From assembly GCA_963756875.1 (NCBI GenBank), contig CAVWPA010000001.1, positions 608,001 to 672,000 on the forward strand: a DNA stretch of 64,000 nt, read 5' to 3'. Positions 49,445 to 58,678 of this stretch are shown one piece after another. This DNA comes from an uncultured Verrucomicrobiae bacterium (GTDB lineage: Bacteria > Verrucomicrobiota > Verrucomicrobiia > Chthoniobacterales > UBA10450). How positions within the stretch are numbered: position 1 is the first letter of the stretch; every line of letters starts with the position of its first letter. A model generated the notes under the pieces. It ran no database searches and was not told the DNA's origin. It saw only the letters and a list, made by a program, of their open reading frames with translations. The translations under genes were made by a program, and so were the position numbers.

Positions 49445-50707
49445 ATGTCTCGCAAATCCTTCATCGAAGTTTCGCCCGAGTCCCACTTTCCGCTCGAAAA
49501 TCTTCCATTCGGGATCTTTCGGCCGCGCACGGGCGCGCCCCGTGCCGGAGTCGCCATCGGCGAGTACGTTGTCGATCTCTCGCTCCTCGAGGGAAAAGGG
49601 CACTTTCGTTCACCCGAATTTCAAGATCGAAATGTCTTCGCGCAGGATTCGTTGAATGCGTTCCTGTCTCTCGGTCGCCCGGCCTGGCGCAAAGCACGAG
49701 AGATTCTTCAACATTTGCTCGACGCCGGCACGCCCACATTGCGTGATGACGCGCAGCTTCGGCAACAGATCTTGCTTCGACAACGCGATGTCACCATGCA
49801 GCTGCCGGTGCGCGTCGGTAATTACACCGACTTTTATTCGTCTTATCATCATGCGTTCAATGTCGGCACGATGTTTCGCGGGCCGGAAAACGCGCTCATG
49901 CCGAATTGGAAATGGCTGCCGGTCGCATATCACGGACGCGCCAGTTCCGTTGTGGTAAGCGGCGCGGCTGTTCGCCGGCCAAGTGGGCAAAGCAAGCCGC
50001 CCGACGCGGGCCAGCCGGTCTTTGGCCCAAGCAAAAGCCTCGATTACGAACTCGAGATGGCGTTCCTGGTGGGGCCTGGAAATTCGTTAGGCGAACCCGT
50101 CCCAATCGAGCGCGCGGCCGACCATATTTTCGGACTGGTTTTGATGAACGACTGGAGCGCGCGCGATATTCAGGCGTGGGAATACCAGCCGCTTGGCCCT
50201 TTTCTGGCCAAGAATTTTTGCACGAGCGTTTCGCCGTGGGTGGTCACGCTGGAAGCGCTCGAGCCGTTCCGCAAACCGCTCCCTCCGCAGGACCCTGCGC
50301 CGCCTGGCTACTTGCGCGCAGCGAAAGATTTTACGTTCGACATTCATCTCGAGGCGCTGCTGCAAACGGCAAAAATGCATGCCCCCCACGTCATTACTCG
50401 CACGAATTTCCAAAATCTTTACTGGAGCATTTCGCAGCAACTCGCCCATCATACGGTGGGCGGCTGCAATCTTGAACCGGGCGACCTGCTTGCCAGCGGA
50501 ACAATCAGCGGTCCCACCGAGGACTCTCGCGGATGCATGCTGGAGCTGACCTGGCGCGGCGCAAACCCGTTAAAGTTGCCCGATGGAGAAGTGCGCAAAT
50601 GGCTCGAGGACGGCGACACTCTGACAATTGCGGGGTGGTGTCAGGGCGATGGCTATCGTGTCGGATTCGGCGAAGTGAGCGGCCGAATTATCGGTAGCGA
50701 CACGTGA
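49445..50707 (+). CDS. fahA: Fumarylacetoacetase
   Basis: FPLENLPFG, YTDFYSS..HA.NVG, YHGRASS, LDYELE, NDWSARDIQAWEY and GDLLASGTISG motifs. Confidence 0.95.
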   Translation: MSRKSFIEVSPESHFPLENLPFGIFRPRTGAPRAGVAIGEYVVDLSLLEGKGHFRSPEFQDRNVFAQDSLNAFLSLGRPAWRKAREILQHLLDAGTPTLRDDAQLRQQILLRQRDVTMQLPVRVGNYTDFYSSYHHAFNVGTMFRGPENALMPNWKWLPVAYHGRASSVVVSGAAVRRPSGQSKPPDAGQPVFGPSKSLDYELEMAFLVGPGNSLGEPVPIERAADHIFGLVLMNDWSARDIQAWEYQPLGPFLAKNFCTSVSPWVVTLEALEPFRKPLPPQDPAPPGYLRAAKDFTFDIHLEALLQTAKMHAPHVITRTNFQNLYWSISQQLAHHTVGGCNLEPGDLLASGTISGPTEDSRGCMLELTWRGANPLKLPDGEVRKWLEDGDTLTIAGWCQGDGYRVGFGEVSGRIIGSDT

Positions 50708-50732
50708 GATCCTCATTGAACGAAACGCGGCT

Positions 50733-53351
50733 TCAGCGGTTTCGTCCTGTTTTCGTAAAGAATGCCGTGGCGATCGCGCTGGGGTTGTATCCGGACCTGT
50801 AAGCCTCCGCTTTAATCATCTTAGAGGCGCGTATGGTGAATGGGCTGGTGTAGCGCGTTGATGCGGTCGTCGGATTGGCCCCGTTTGTTGTGTAATAGAT
50901 CGTTGCGCCTGACGTCGAGCACGACAGCGATATCTTCAGTTTTCCCTTAAACGTTCCCCCGTTGGGAGAAATGTTCGGCGTGGATACGGTAGGGATCGGG
51001 GTAGGAGTCGGTGTCGGAGTCGGAGTCGGCGTTGGCGTTGGCGTTGGCGTTGGCGTTGGTGTCGGAGTAGGAGTCGGCGTAGGCGTCGGTGTAGGCGTCG
51101 GCGTAGGCGTGGGTGTCGGTGTAGGCGTCGGTGTCGGAGTGGGTGTAGGAGTAGGAGTAGGAGTAGGCGTTGGAGTTGGCGTTGGAGTTGGAGTTGGGGT
51201 TCCAGAAGTAACACTGAGAATCGCGGGACCAGTTCGGGCTTGTCCATCGGGATTTGTTACCGTCACATTGGCTTGTCCAGAGGAAGCTCCGTTGGTGTTC
51301 AAGTCCAGAACGATATGAGTCGGGTCCGTGTAGGTGACGGAATTGACGACGATGCCGTTCGTTAATGTGGCGCCTATGCGATTCGGGAACCCTGAACCTG
51401 GGTCGAAGAAACCCGAGCCCGAAATTGAAGTTCCGGTAATCGTAACATTTACCGATGATTCTCCCGTCGCCACGCTCGAACTGGCCGAGGAAGGGGTCGC
51501 CGGTGGCGGAGCGATGAGCTGGGTGAATTGCACGCCGTAGGTATTCGTTCCGTTGCAAAACTCCTGGACCGTCCACATCGTCATGTCGTCGGTGGGGTCG
51601 ACGCTGGTAAAGGAGTAGTCGCCCCAGCGCCGGCCGTAGCTACCTCCGGTGTCCCCTGAGGGGTTGTAAGCTGTGTTGCTCGACGTTAAAAATGTCGGAA
51701 CGCTCAGCGCACCGGCCGGATCTGATGCCAGACGGCCGCTAAACGCGGCGTCTACATGATATGGCGTTCCGGCGGTGCTGAAGCCGACAACGGCATGCCC
51801 CTGACCCGAAACCACGACCGACGGAATCCAATATTGGCGCGCCGATGCGACACTTGCCGCAGAATCGAAAATCGTGCCCGATTCAACAACGACTGGATTG
51901 CCTCCGTTGTCCGAACTGCGAATCCCGTTTAGCTCGTACCAGCGAACAGCGTCCCGCCGCTGAGAGTCGCTGCTGGATGCGACACCGGCAGAATCGACGG
52001 CGATATTATGAGCCGTCCAGAGCTTGCCGTTGCGGATATGCGCGGCAAAGAGCCGGTCGTCGAGCGAATCGAGTTGTCCGTTGGTGCCCCGGGTGTTGCC
52101 GAGATGATCGACAGTAATTGGAAAAGCGGTTGCGACGACGGTAATCGGGATGTTGCCTGAGATGGTTGGTGCGCCGCCTGGGTTAAACACACGCCGCAGG
52201 ACCAGGCGGCCGCGGAAACTGTCGCTCGGGCCGATAAAATATCCTTCAGTCGCGGTTGGATCGTAATTGTCCACTCCCCGCGGGCTGTCCGGTCCATCAC
52301 CTTCGGTGATCAGCCTGCGAAACGCCGTCGCGACCACCGGGCCGCCGTTCAGGATAGAGCTTTTTCGAATGACGAAAACAGACGTATTTGAAAACGCTCC
52401 GGACGAGGCAATAAACATGTTGCCGCCGACATAAAGCGCGTTGTTATCGACCCCGAGCGAGTCGTAATCGAGAAACTCGCCGGTGTTTGCGCCGCCAACC
52501 GTGTTTTGCTGGACGTAATAAAAGGACCACACCGTATGGCTGGTGATGACGCCCACGCTGGCGGCATCCGATACCGCGATGAGAATACGGTTCGGATGGT
52601 CCCCAATGCTCGAACTCGAGCTGCTGGGAACGTCGATGATCGTCAGTATCCAGCGGTTCGACAGACGATCGTAACGAATCTGCGGATCGCTTGCAAAATT
52701 AACGCCCCGCCTGCTGACCGGCGTCATTACGGAAGAGAAAAAGAAATCTGGATTTGCCGAGAGCACCCCGTCGGGAAAACCGCTTGCCTTGCTAAAACTT
52801 ACCAGGTCTCCGTTAACAAAGACGACAAACTGCGTGGGGCCGACCGCACCCATCGAATCCGGTGGAAACGCCCCCGTTTGATTTGGCCCGGTGATGCCAT
52901 CGTGGTTTATTCCGATGGTTTGTGGAGCGCTGCCGTTAATCGACGTGTCGGCGTTCACGCTCATGGTGGTCGACGACGCGGAAGAGGAAGCCTTGATTGG
53001 CGACTTGGGCCAGCGGGAGAGTGGCAATGCATCCGGATCTTGGGGGCGGTTTTCCCGGCCTGGAATCTCCAATTCTCGTTTCAAGTAAACGTAGTCCCTG
53101 TGGTGACCTACTGCCGCCGCCTGGGTCATGATTTCGGCGGTCGATCTTTGGGTCGCGTGTTCTCCGACAGACATCTGGCCCTGGATCCGCGCCGAGGCGC
53201 CGGTCGTCACCGAGCTTACCGTTTGACCGGAAACGGAAGCGGCCGCTGCTACGATGAATCCGGCAAGCACCGAGACGACCGATCTGGGACTCACCCGGAC
53301 CTCTCTTTTAGTGAACGCCAGGCGTTTTTGAGTTCTCATTTTCCTGGGCAT
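50733..53351 (-). CDS. Large secreted protein with a long Pro-Thr linker and a C-terminal Fn3-associated/CHB_HEX_C-like domain
   Basis: Signal-like N-terminus; [18 protein letters not shown] and RWGDYS motifs; Ig-like VTVTNPDGQ; (PT)n; IYYTTNG..P...S..Y..PFTI. Confidence 0.8.
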   Translation of the reverse strand: MPRKMRTQKRLAFTKREVRVSPRSVVSVLAGFIVAAAASVSGQTVSSVTTGASARIQGQMSVGEHATQRSTAEIMTQAAAVGHHRDYVYLKRELEIPGRENRPQDPDALPLSRWPKSPIKASSSASSTTMSVNADTSINGSAPQTIGINHDGITGPNQTGAFPPDSMGAVGPTQFVVFVNGDLVSFSKASGFPDGVLSANPDFFFSSVMTPVSRRGVNFASDPQIRYDRLSNRWILTIIDVPSSSSSSIGDHPNRILIAVSDAASVGVITSHTVWSFYYVQQNTVGGANTGEFLDYDSLGVDNNALYVGGNMFIASSGAFSNTSVFVIRKSSILNGGPVVATAFRRLITEGDGPDSPRGVDNYDPTATEGYFIGPSDSFRGRLVLRRVFNPGGAPTISGNIPITVVATAFPITVDHLGNTRGTNGQLDSLDDRLFAAHIRNGKLWTAHNIAVDSAGVASSSDSQRRDAVRWYELNGIRSSDNGGNPVVVESGTIFDSAASVASARQYWIPSVVVSGQGHAVVGFSTAGTPYHVDAAFSGRLASDPAGALSVPTFLTSSNTAYNPSGDTGGSYGRRWGDYSFTSVDPTDDMTMWTVQEFCNGTNTYGVQFTQLIAPPPATPSSASSSVATGESSVNVTITGTSISGSGFFDPGSGFPNRIGATLTNGIVVNSVTYTDPTHIVLDLNTNGASSGQANVTVTNPDGQARTGPAILSVTSGTPTPTPTPTPTPTPTPTPTPTPTPTPTPTPTPTPTPTPTPTPTPTPTPTPTPTPTPTPTPTPTPTPTPIPTVSTPNISPNGGTFKGKLKISLSCSTSGATIYYTTNGANPTTASTRYTSPFTIRASKMIKAEAYRSGYNPSAIATAFFTKTGRNR
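50996..51199 (-). repeat. Coding (Pro-Thr)n repeat, about 34 dipeptides
   Basis: Tandem 6-bp units with mixed third positions. Confidence 0.9.
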
Positions 53352-53639
53352 GCGCTCTTTGGGTTTACTTCGAGGCCAGGTAACCTGTTAAATATGCAGC
53401 AGATTTCAAGCGAGACGCGTGTTTGCGGGCAAATACAGCGGAGAATATTGCCATGGGGGCCGGGTTCAGCTTGATAGTCGAAAATTGATTGTCAATTTCG
53501 AAAATCCATCGCGATATTCGCACCGAATCATTGGCAATCAAACCTCATTTTATTTCGGGGGAGACCCTTGCAGGACTGGCGAACAGTTGAGTATTCGGAA
53601 TTGGTCATTTAAGACCTGCCATGCTATTCCAAAAGTGCG

Positions 53640-53713
<74 letters not shown>

Positions 53714-53717
53714 GCCT

Positions 53718-53759
53718 TCGCTTTGAAGCGCAGCAAAAGCGAAGGCTGCCACGCCGTAA
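53718..53759 (+). repeat. Direct repeat copy 1 flanking the GIY-YIG gene
   Basis: TCGCTTTGAAGCGCAGCAAAAGCGAAGGCTGCCACGCCGTAA. Confidence 0.8.
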
Positions 53760-53830
53760 CAAAGTAAAGGCGGGCGTGTTTTAAACTTCAACTTCGGCGC
53801 TTCAAAGGCTACGGCTTGGCAGGCCAGCCA

Positions 53831-54091
53831 ATGACGAAGAAGTTCTTCTATGTCTACCTTCTGGTTAGTGAAATAGACTCCAAAGTCCACTACACCGGTA
53901 TTACAGAGGATCTCAAGGAGCGCTTGGCCATGCACAATCGAGGCAAATGCGCTAACACCGCGGCGCGTCGACCGTGGCGATTGGAAACTGCAATTGCATT
54001 TATTTCGGAGGCTAAGGCGCGTGCGTTTGAACAATATTTGAAAAGTGGATCGGGACGGGAGTTTGCCCGGCGTCACTTTTGGTCGCTTTGA
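53831..54091 (+). CDS. Stand-alone GIY-YIG nuclease family protein
   Basis: YVYLL..HYTGIT.DL..RL..HN.G..T...RPW...E.YLKSGSGR. Confidence 0.9.
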   Translation: MTKKFFYVYLLVSEIDSKVHYTGITEDLKERLAMHNRGKCANTAARRPWRLETAIAFISEAKARAFEQYLKSGSGREFARRHFWSL

Positions 54092-54125
54092 AGCGCAGCA
54101 AAATGCCAAGGCTGCCACGCCGTAA
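54083..54125 (+). repeat. Direct repeat copy 2 flanking the GIY-YIG gene
   Basis: TCGCTTTGAAGCGCAGCAAAATGCCAAGGCTGCCACGCCGTAA; supplies the gene's TGA stop. Confidence 0.8.
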
Positions 54126-54185
54126 TGGCGTGGAGGCACCAAGTTTTGGATTGCGAATTGCTGACCGTGGATTTGGGATAGCGCG

Positions 54186-55811
54186 ATGTTTCGACGCATT
54201 GGCGCATGGACGTTGCGGATTTTTGAAATCCTACTCCTTAGCGCGCTCATCCTCGGGACGCGCTGCGCGAATTATCCCGACGTGGTGACGGCTGGAAATG
54301 TCTACTTCACCGATGCCGACTGCTATGCCCGGATGACCAGGGTCCGGATGTGCGCAGAACACGCGGGATTGATCGTGCGCCATCATACTTTCGAAAATTT
54401 TCCGCAGGGCACGACTCCGCACACGACTGCGCCACTCGACTATCTGATTCTCGGATTGTCGATTCTTCTGAGACCGCTTACGGCTCACGCGCTCGATCTG
54501 GCGGGCGCATTGATTTCACCACTGCTCGCGCTCCTGGGAGGCTGGTTCCTTTGGTGGTGGTCGCTGCGAATGAAGTTTCGTTATCGATGGGCGATGCTCC
54601 TCATTTATGCGATCAGCCCAATTCTCGTTCACGGCGCCGAATTGGGCCGACCGGATCATCAATCCTTGTTGATGTTGCTGGTCACTATTGCGATTTGCGC
54701 GGAGTGGAGCCTGCGAACGGAACCGACCAGGTCCTGGAGTGCCGCAAGCGGAATCGCGTGGGGTCTCGCGATCTGGGTTTCTGCTTACGAACCACTCGTG
54801 CTACTCCTGGTCCTGCTCGCTTGCCTTGCGGTCGCCGGGCGAAGGCGGCCCGGCCCGGAAAGCCCGGCGCAAAGTGTCCCAGCCACAGCCATTTTTGGGA
54901 AGCAGCGGCGACCTGGCTGGATTCTATTTGCAGCGGCGATCGCGCTTGCGTTTTTGATCGAGCGACGCGTTCCATCGCTCCCCTTGTTTCATTCCTCCTG
55001 GGCTTTTCGAAACTGGCTGGGCACGATCGGCGAATTGACCTCTGTGTCTCCGCTGGATCCGGTCTGGTTTCGTTGGGCCGGGTACCTGATCGTCCTCGCA
55101 CCAATTTTGGCCGTCCTGGGATGGCGCGAGAAGAAGAAAACCGGCCTGGACGAGCCTGACAGAATCGCGCCGCTGTTCCTCCTGGTCCTGCTTGCTGCGA
55201 CTTATCTATTGACGATCTGGCAGGCGCGGTGGGCTTATTTTTTCCTGTCCATTTTTGCAATTGCGCTTCCCGGTTTGTTGCAGCCGCTCAAAGCAAGGAC
55301 CGCGGTGTGGGTCGCCTTGGCAATTTCGGTTTTACCAGTCTTGCGCGCCTGGGATGGCCGCCTTTGGCCTAACGAATACATGCTGGCTCTCCGCATTGAA
55401 CGTCGAAACGAATCGGTGCAATTACGCGAGCTGGCTACGATGATGCGGTCGGACCAGGTGCACCCTTTCCTTGCACCATGGTGGCTTTCGCCCTCTGTCG
55501 CATACTGGTCCGGGCAACCGGGAGTTGCCGGAAGTTCGCACCAAAGCATGCCAGGCATTGTCGATAGCGCGCGCTTCTTTCTTGCTCAGGATTGGCACAA
55601 GGCCCGGGAGATTCTGGCAAGGCGCCAGGCGGGGTGGGTGATTAGTTATGACAGCGACCGGGTGGCCCGAAATTCTGCCGCGATTCTGGGGGAGCCGATC
55701 CCCGAACATCCAATGTGCTGGTTCCTCGACCGCAGGCCGTCGCAGGCACCCCGTTATCTGGTTCTTTCGGCCCAAAATGACACAGGCAAACTCTTCCGGG
55801 TCCGGGAATAG
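54186..55811 (+). CDS. GT-C membrane glycosyltransferase, STT3/AglB-like
   Basis: Periplasmic DADCYARM loop after TM1, NFPQG, GRPDHQ, many TMs, and a C-terminal soluble domain with APWWLSP. Confidence 0.6.
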   Translation: MFRRIGAWTLRIFEILLLSALILGTRCANYPDVVTAGNVYFTDADCYARMTRVRMCAEHAGLIVRHHTFENFPQGTTPHTTAPLDYLILGLSILLRPLTAHALDLAGALISPLLALLGGWFLWWWSLRMKFRYRWAMLLIYAISPILVHGAELGRPDHQSLLMLLVTIAICAEWSLRTEPTRSWSAASGIAWGLAIWVSAYEPLVLLLVLLACLAVAGRRRPGPESPAQSVPATAIFGKQRRPGWILFAAAIALAFLIERRVPSLPLFHSSWAFRNWLGTIGELTSVSPLDPVWFRWAGYLIVLAPILAVLGWREKKKTGLDEPDRIAPLFLLVLLAATYLLTIWQARWAYFFLSIFAIALPGLLQPLKARTAVWVALAISVLPVLRAWDGRLWPNEYMLALRIERRNESVQLRELATMMRSDQVHPFLAPWWLSPSVAYWSGQPGVAGSSHQSMPGIVDSARFFLAQDWHKAREILARRQAGWVISYDSDRVARNSAAILGEPIPEHPMCWFLDRRPSQAPRYLVLSAQNDTGKLFRVRE

Positions 55812-56015
55812 TCGCTAAAAAAGCGGCAGTTTTCCACGGGAATCCGTTGACATAACCGCCGACTGTTACAATAATAGCACGTGTTGAAAAAATTCATACC
55901 TCAGAAACCCATGTCATCGATCGGAGAAGGATCGTTGACTTCGGCGACTGAGGAGACGAACCGCGCCACTTACGGCGAATCAACAAGAACAACAACTACC
56001 GATTACCACAAGTTT

Positions 56016-56426
56016 ATGGCTGAACATTCTGGCAAAGACGTGCTCTCGAGCGACGTCGAAATTAAAGGATCGATCAAGTTCCAAAAGGAGCTGTTGATCG
56101 ACGGAAAGGTCGAGGGAGAAATTAACTCCGAGGGAGTGTTGACGATTGGCGAAAACGCCGACATTCGGGGCGAAATCAAAACCAAATCGATCACGGTGTT
56201 CGGCAAAGTTCAGGGCAACATTACGGTCAGCGAGCGTTGCGAGCTGAAGTCCAAGTGCACGCTGCAAGGCGATCTGAAAGCATCGCGCCTCATTATTGAA
56301 GAGGGTGCCACCTTTATCGGAAAATCGGAAGTCTCCAGCGGGACCGCCGCGACGAAGCCTGCTTCTCGACCGGAAATTGTCCGCCACGAAGAGGCGGCCA
56401 AGCCCGCCTTTGCGGCTCGCGCCTAG
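56016..56426 (+). CDS. Bactofilin (polymer-forming cytoskeletal protein)
   Basis: VEIKGSI..LLIDGKVEGEI..LTIG..V.GKV.GNI..LIIEEGATFIG; ATG at 56016. Confidence 0.9.
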   Translation: MAEHSGKDVLSSDVEIKGSIKFQKELLIDGKVEGEINSEGVLTIGENADIRGEIKTKSITVFGKVQGNITVSERCELKSKCTLQGDLKASRLIIEEGATFIGKSEVSSGTAATKPASRPEIVRHEEAAKPAFAARA

Positions 56427-56456
56427 TCTTCCAGAGCCTCTGCCCCCGCCGACCGA

Positions 56457-57302
56457 GTGACCAAGTCATCGCCTGCTAAGGCCAGTGTGGAGTGTCCGCA
56501 TTGTGGCTTTAAGCAGATGGAGTACGCGGCGGCGAAGAGCACGATCTGCCGCCAGTGCGGTCGTAACTTCTGCCCTTCGGCGCCAAAGCCGGGGCTTAAG
56601 CTTCGCAGCAAGCAGGAGGCGCCCGCGTCAGATCCGTCGTCGCCGCTCAGGAAATTTGAAGGCATCTGGAACCGCCAACGCAGCCGCGTTGTCGCCTGTT
56701 TTGAATGTAAGCGGAAACACGAGGTAAGCGACGCCGCAAACTCGACAAATTGTCCGGGATGCAGCGCGCATATCGATCTGCGCGATTACAAAATCGCGAC
56801 CAGCTTTAGCCGCTCGATTCGGACGCGAGGCGACCTTCATCTTACCAACAAGGGCGATCTTAGCAGCACGAGCGTCATTTGCCGGACCGCGCTGGTCGAA
56901 GGAAAATTGCGCGGCAACCTTCAGTGTGAGGACTTGGTCACTATCAATTTCTCAGGAAAGATTCCCGGTCGCGTGACCGCGGAGCACGTCATTGTCGAGC
57001 GAAAATCCGATGTGCAATGCTTTCGACGTATGACAGTCGGCAGCATCGACATCAAAGGTCGCATGGCAGGCGAGATCGCAGCGAGCGGCGCGGTGACCAT
57101 TCACAAAACCGGAATGTTGGAAGGCGACGTTGTGGCGAAATCGATTGTCATAGAAAAGGGCGGAATTTTCTCGGGTCAGCTCGCCATCGGTCGTGCTGAT
57201 CTTACCCAGGGCGAACTTTTGCCGGCGCAATCACCGGCGGCTGCCCAGGAAAATAAATCTGCAATCCCGCTCAATTCGGCGCAACCCTTGCCGGCCACGT
57301 AG
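56457..57302 (+). CDS. Double zinc-ribbon plus bactofilin-domain protein
   Basis: Four CxxC pairs (CPHC, CRQC, CFEC, CPGC), then bactofilin repeats (I.G...GEI..IVIEKGGIFSG). Confidence 0.82.
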   Translation: MTKSSPAKASVECPHCGFKQMEYAAAKSTICRQCGRNFCPSAPKPGLKLRSKQEAPASDPSSPLRKFEGIWNRQRSRVVACFECKRKHEVSDAANSTNCPGCSAHIDLRDYKIATSFSRSIRTRGDLHLTNKGDLSSTSVICRTALVEGKLRGNLQCEDLVTINFSGKIPGRVTAEHVIVERKSDVQCFRRMTVGSIDIKGRMAGEIAASGAVTIHKTGMLEGDVVAKSIVIEKGGIFSGQLAIGRADLTQGELLPAQSPAAAQENKSAIPLNSAQPLPAT

Positions 57303-57311
57303 CCCGGCTTA

Positions 57312-57731
57312 ATGCGAAAACTCCTTCCGCGCAGTCCGTACGAAAAGCTCGGCGGGTACGTGCACCTGCCGCGGCTGATCGATAAGGCCAAGCTTCACCG
57401 AAACGGGTTGCTCGACGGATACAACTACAAGACGGTCGGCTTCGACAAGCATCTCCTCGCGTTCCTAAAGATTAATGGCGATGCGTTTGAGGAAGCGGTC
57501 CATCGGCTGGAAACTGACGATGCCATCTGGAAGTGGGTCCAGGAAAATGGCGTCCGACATTCCGCCGAGGCGGTCGCGCATTGGAACGAAGCCATGATTT
57601 TGCGGCGCCCGGATACGGCGGAAAAAAAAGCGCGCTTCACGCACTTTCTCAAAGAGTCGGGTGGCGCGGGGCGAAAAGATATCAAGACCTATTTCGATTT
57701 GATCGAATTCGACGAAGGCCGATTAAAATGA
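57312..57731 (+). CDS. DUF5069-like protein
   Basis: PRSPYEKLGGYVHLPRLIDK..FDLIEFDEGR. Confidence 0.75.
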   Translation: MRKLLPRSPYEKLGGYVHLPRLIDKAKLHRNGLLDGYNYKTVGFDKHLLAFLKINGDAFEEAVHRLETDDAIWKWVQENGVRHSAEAVAHWNEAMILRRPDTAEKKARFTHFLKESGGAGRKDIKTYFDLIEFDEGRLK

Positions 57732-57841
57732 CGAAGCGCGAATGAACGAATGACGAAGGAAATTCGAATGATTAAACTACGGGAAGAGAGAACCCATTCG
57801 TCATTAGGATTTCGGCATTTTCCCCAGCGCAGGATCGGCAA

Positions 57842-58624
57842 TTACGTCTTACTCGCGCCGAAAATCTTGTTCGCCTTTTCGAGTGTTTCCTTGCTCCCGA
57901 TGTCGAGCCATTCGCCCTTGATCTGAAACGTGCTGACAGGCACGCGGCGATAAAGCCACTGCAGAAAGCGTCCAGGCTGGTCTGGATTGTTGCCGGCAGA
58001 CAGGTACGTCGTAAAGAGCGGCAGCATGTCGCGCGAGTAGTAGTAAAGAGCAAGCGCGGCAAGGGTGCTTTGCGGCTTCTCCGGCTTTTCTTCGAACTGC
58101 GTGATTATTCCCTCGCGGTCGATCACCACACATCCGTATTTTTTCATCGTCTCGAGGTTGCCAACATCATGAATCGCCACGGTGGCTTGTGCATTCCTGG
58201 CATGCTCGACAAAGTGAGCCAGTGGTTCGTTAAAAAGGTTGTCACCCGCCACGATCAGCAGATCGCTCTTCTCCAGATGTTCGCGATTTAGAACCAGTTG
58301 AATATCGCCAATCGCACCCAGTTTATCCTCGTCGCTCGTTGAGCCGTCGTTAATGATTTTGACAGGCTGGCTGGAACCAGTGTGCGCCCCGCGATGATTT
58401 TGAAGGTGCCGCTTCTGATAATCGTCGGCCCAAACTTGAAAATCGCCCGCGAATTTGCTGTTGGTCACCACATAAATGGTTTCGAGGTCGGAAATCGATT
58501 CGAGACTGTCAACCAGCCATTCGATGATGGGCTTGCCAGCGACTTCCAACAGTGGCTTCGCCTTGTTAAGCGTAAGCGGGTACAGGCGTGTCGCGTAACC
58601 GGCGGCCAGAATCAGCGCGTTCAT
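57842..58624 (-). CDS. Sugar-phosphate nucleotidyltransferase family protein
   Basis: LILAAGYATRLYPLT..KPLL, AGDN, FEEKP and WLDIG motifs. Confidence 0.9.
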   Translation of the reverse strand: MNALILAAGYATRLYPLTLNKAKPLLEVAGKPIIEWLVDSLESISDLETIYVVTNSKFAGDFQVWADDYQKRHLQNHRGAHTGSSQPVKIINDGSTSDEDKLGAIGDIQLVLNREHLEKSDLLIVAGDNLFNEPLAHFVEHARNAQATVAIHDVGNLETMKKYGCVVIDREGIITQFEEKPEKPQSTLAALALYYYSRDMLPLFTTYLSAGNNPDQPGRFLQWLYRRVPVSTFQIKGEWLDIGSKETLEKANKIFGASKT

Positions 58625-58678
58625 AAAACCGGCACGATAGGCGTATGGAGCGGACGCGCCAGTTGAAGTTGCCGGGTT

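Noticed and set aside
50962..51318. Poly(Gly-Val) ORF and the other repeat frames (50936-51247, 50947-51576)
   Set aside because: Antisense or out-of-frame readings of the Pro-Thr linker.
55847..55872. Sigma70 promoter TTGACA...TACAAT before the bactofilin gene
   Set aside because: The spacer is only 14 nt. An extended -10 (TGnTACAAT) is possible but cannot be supported further.
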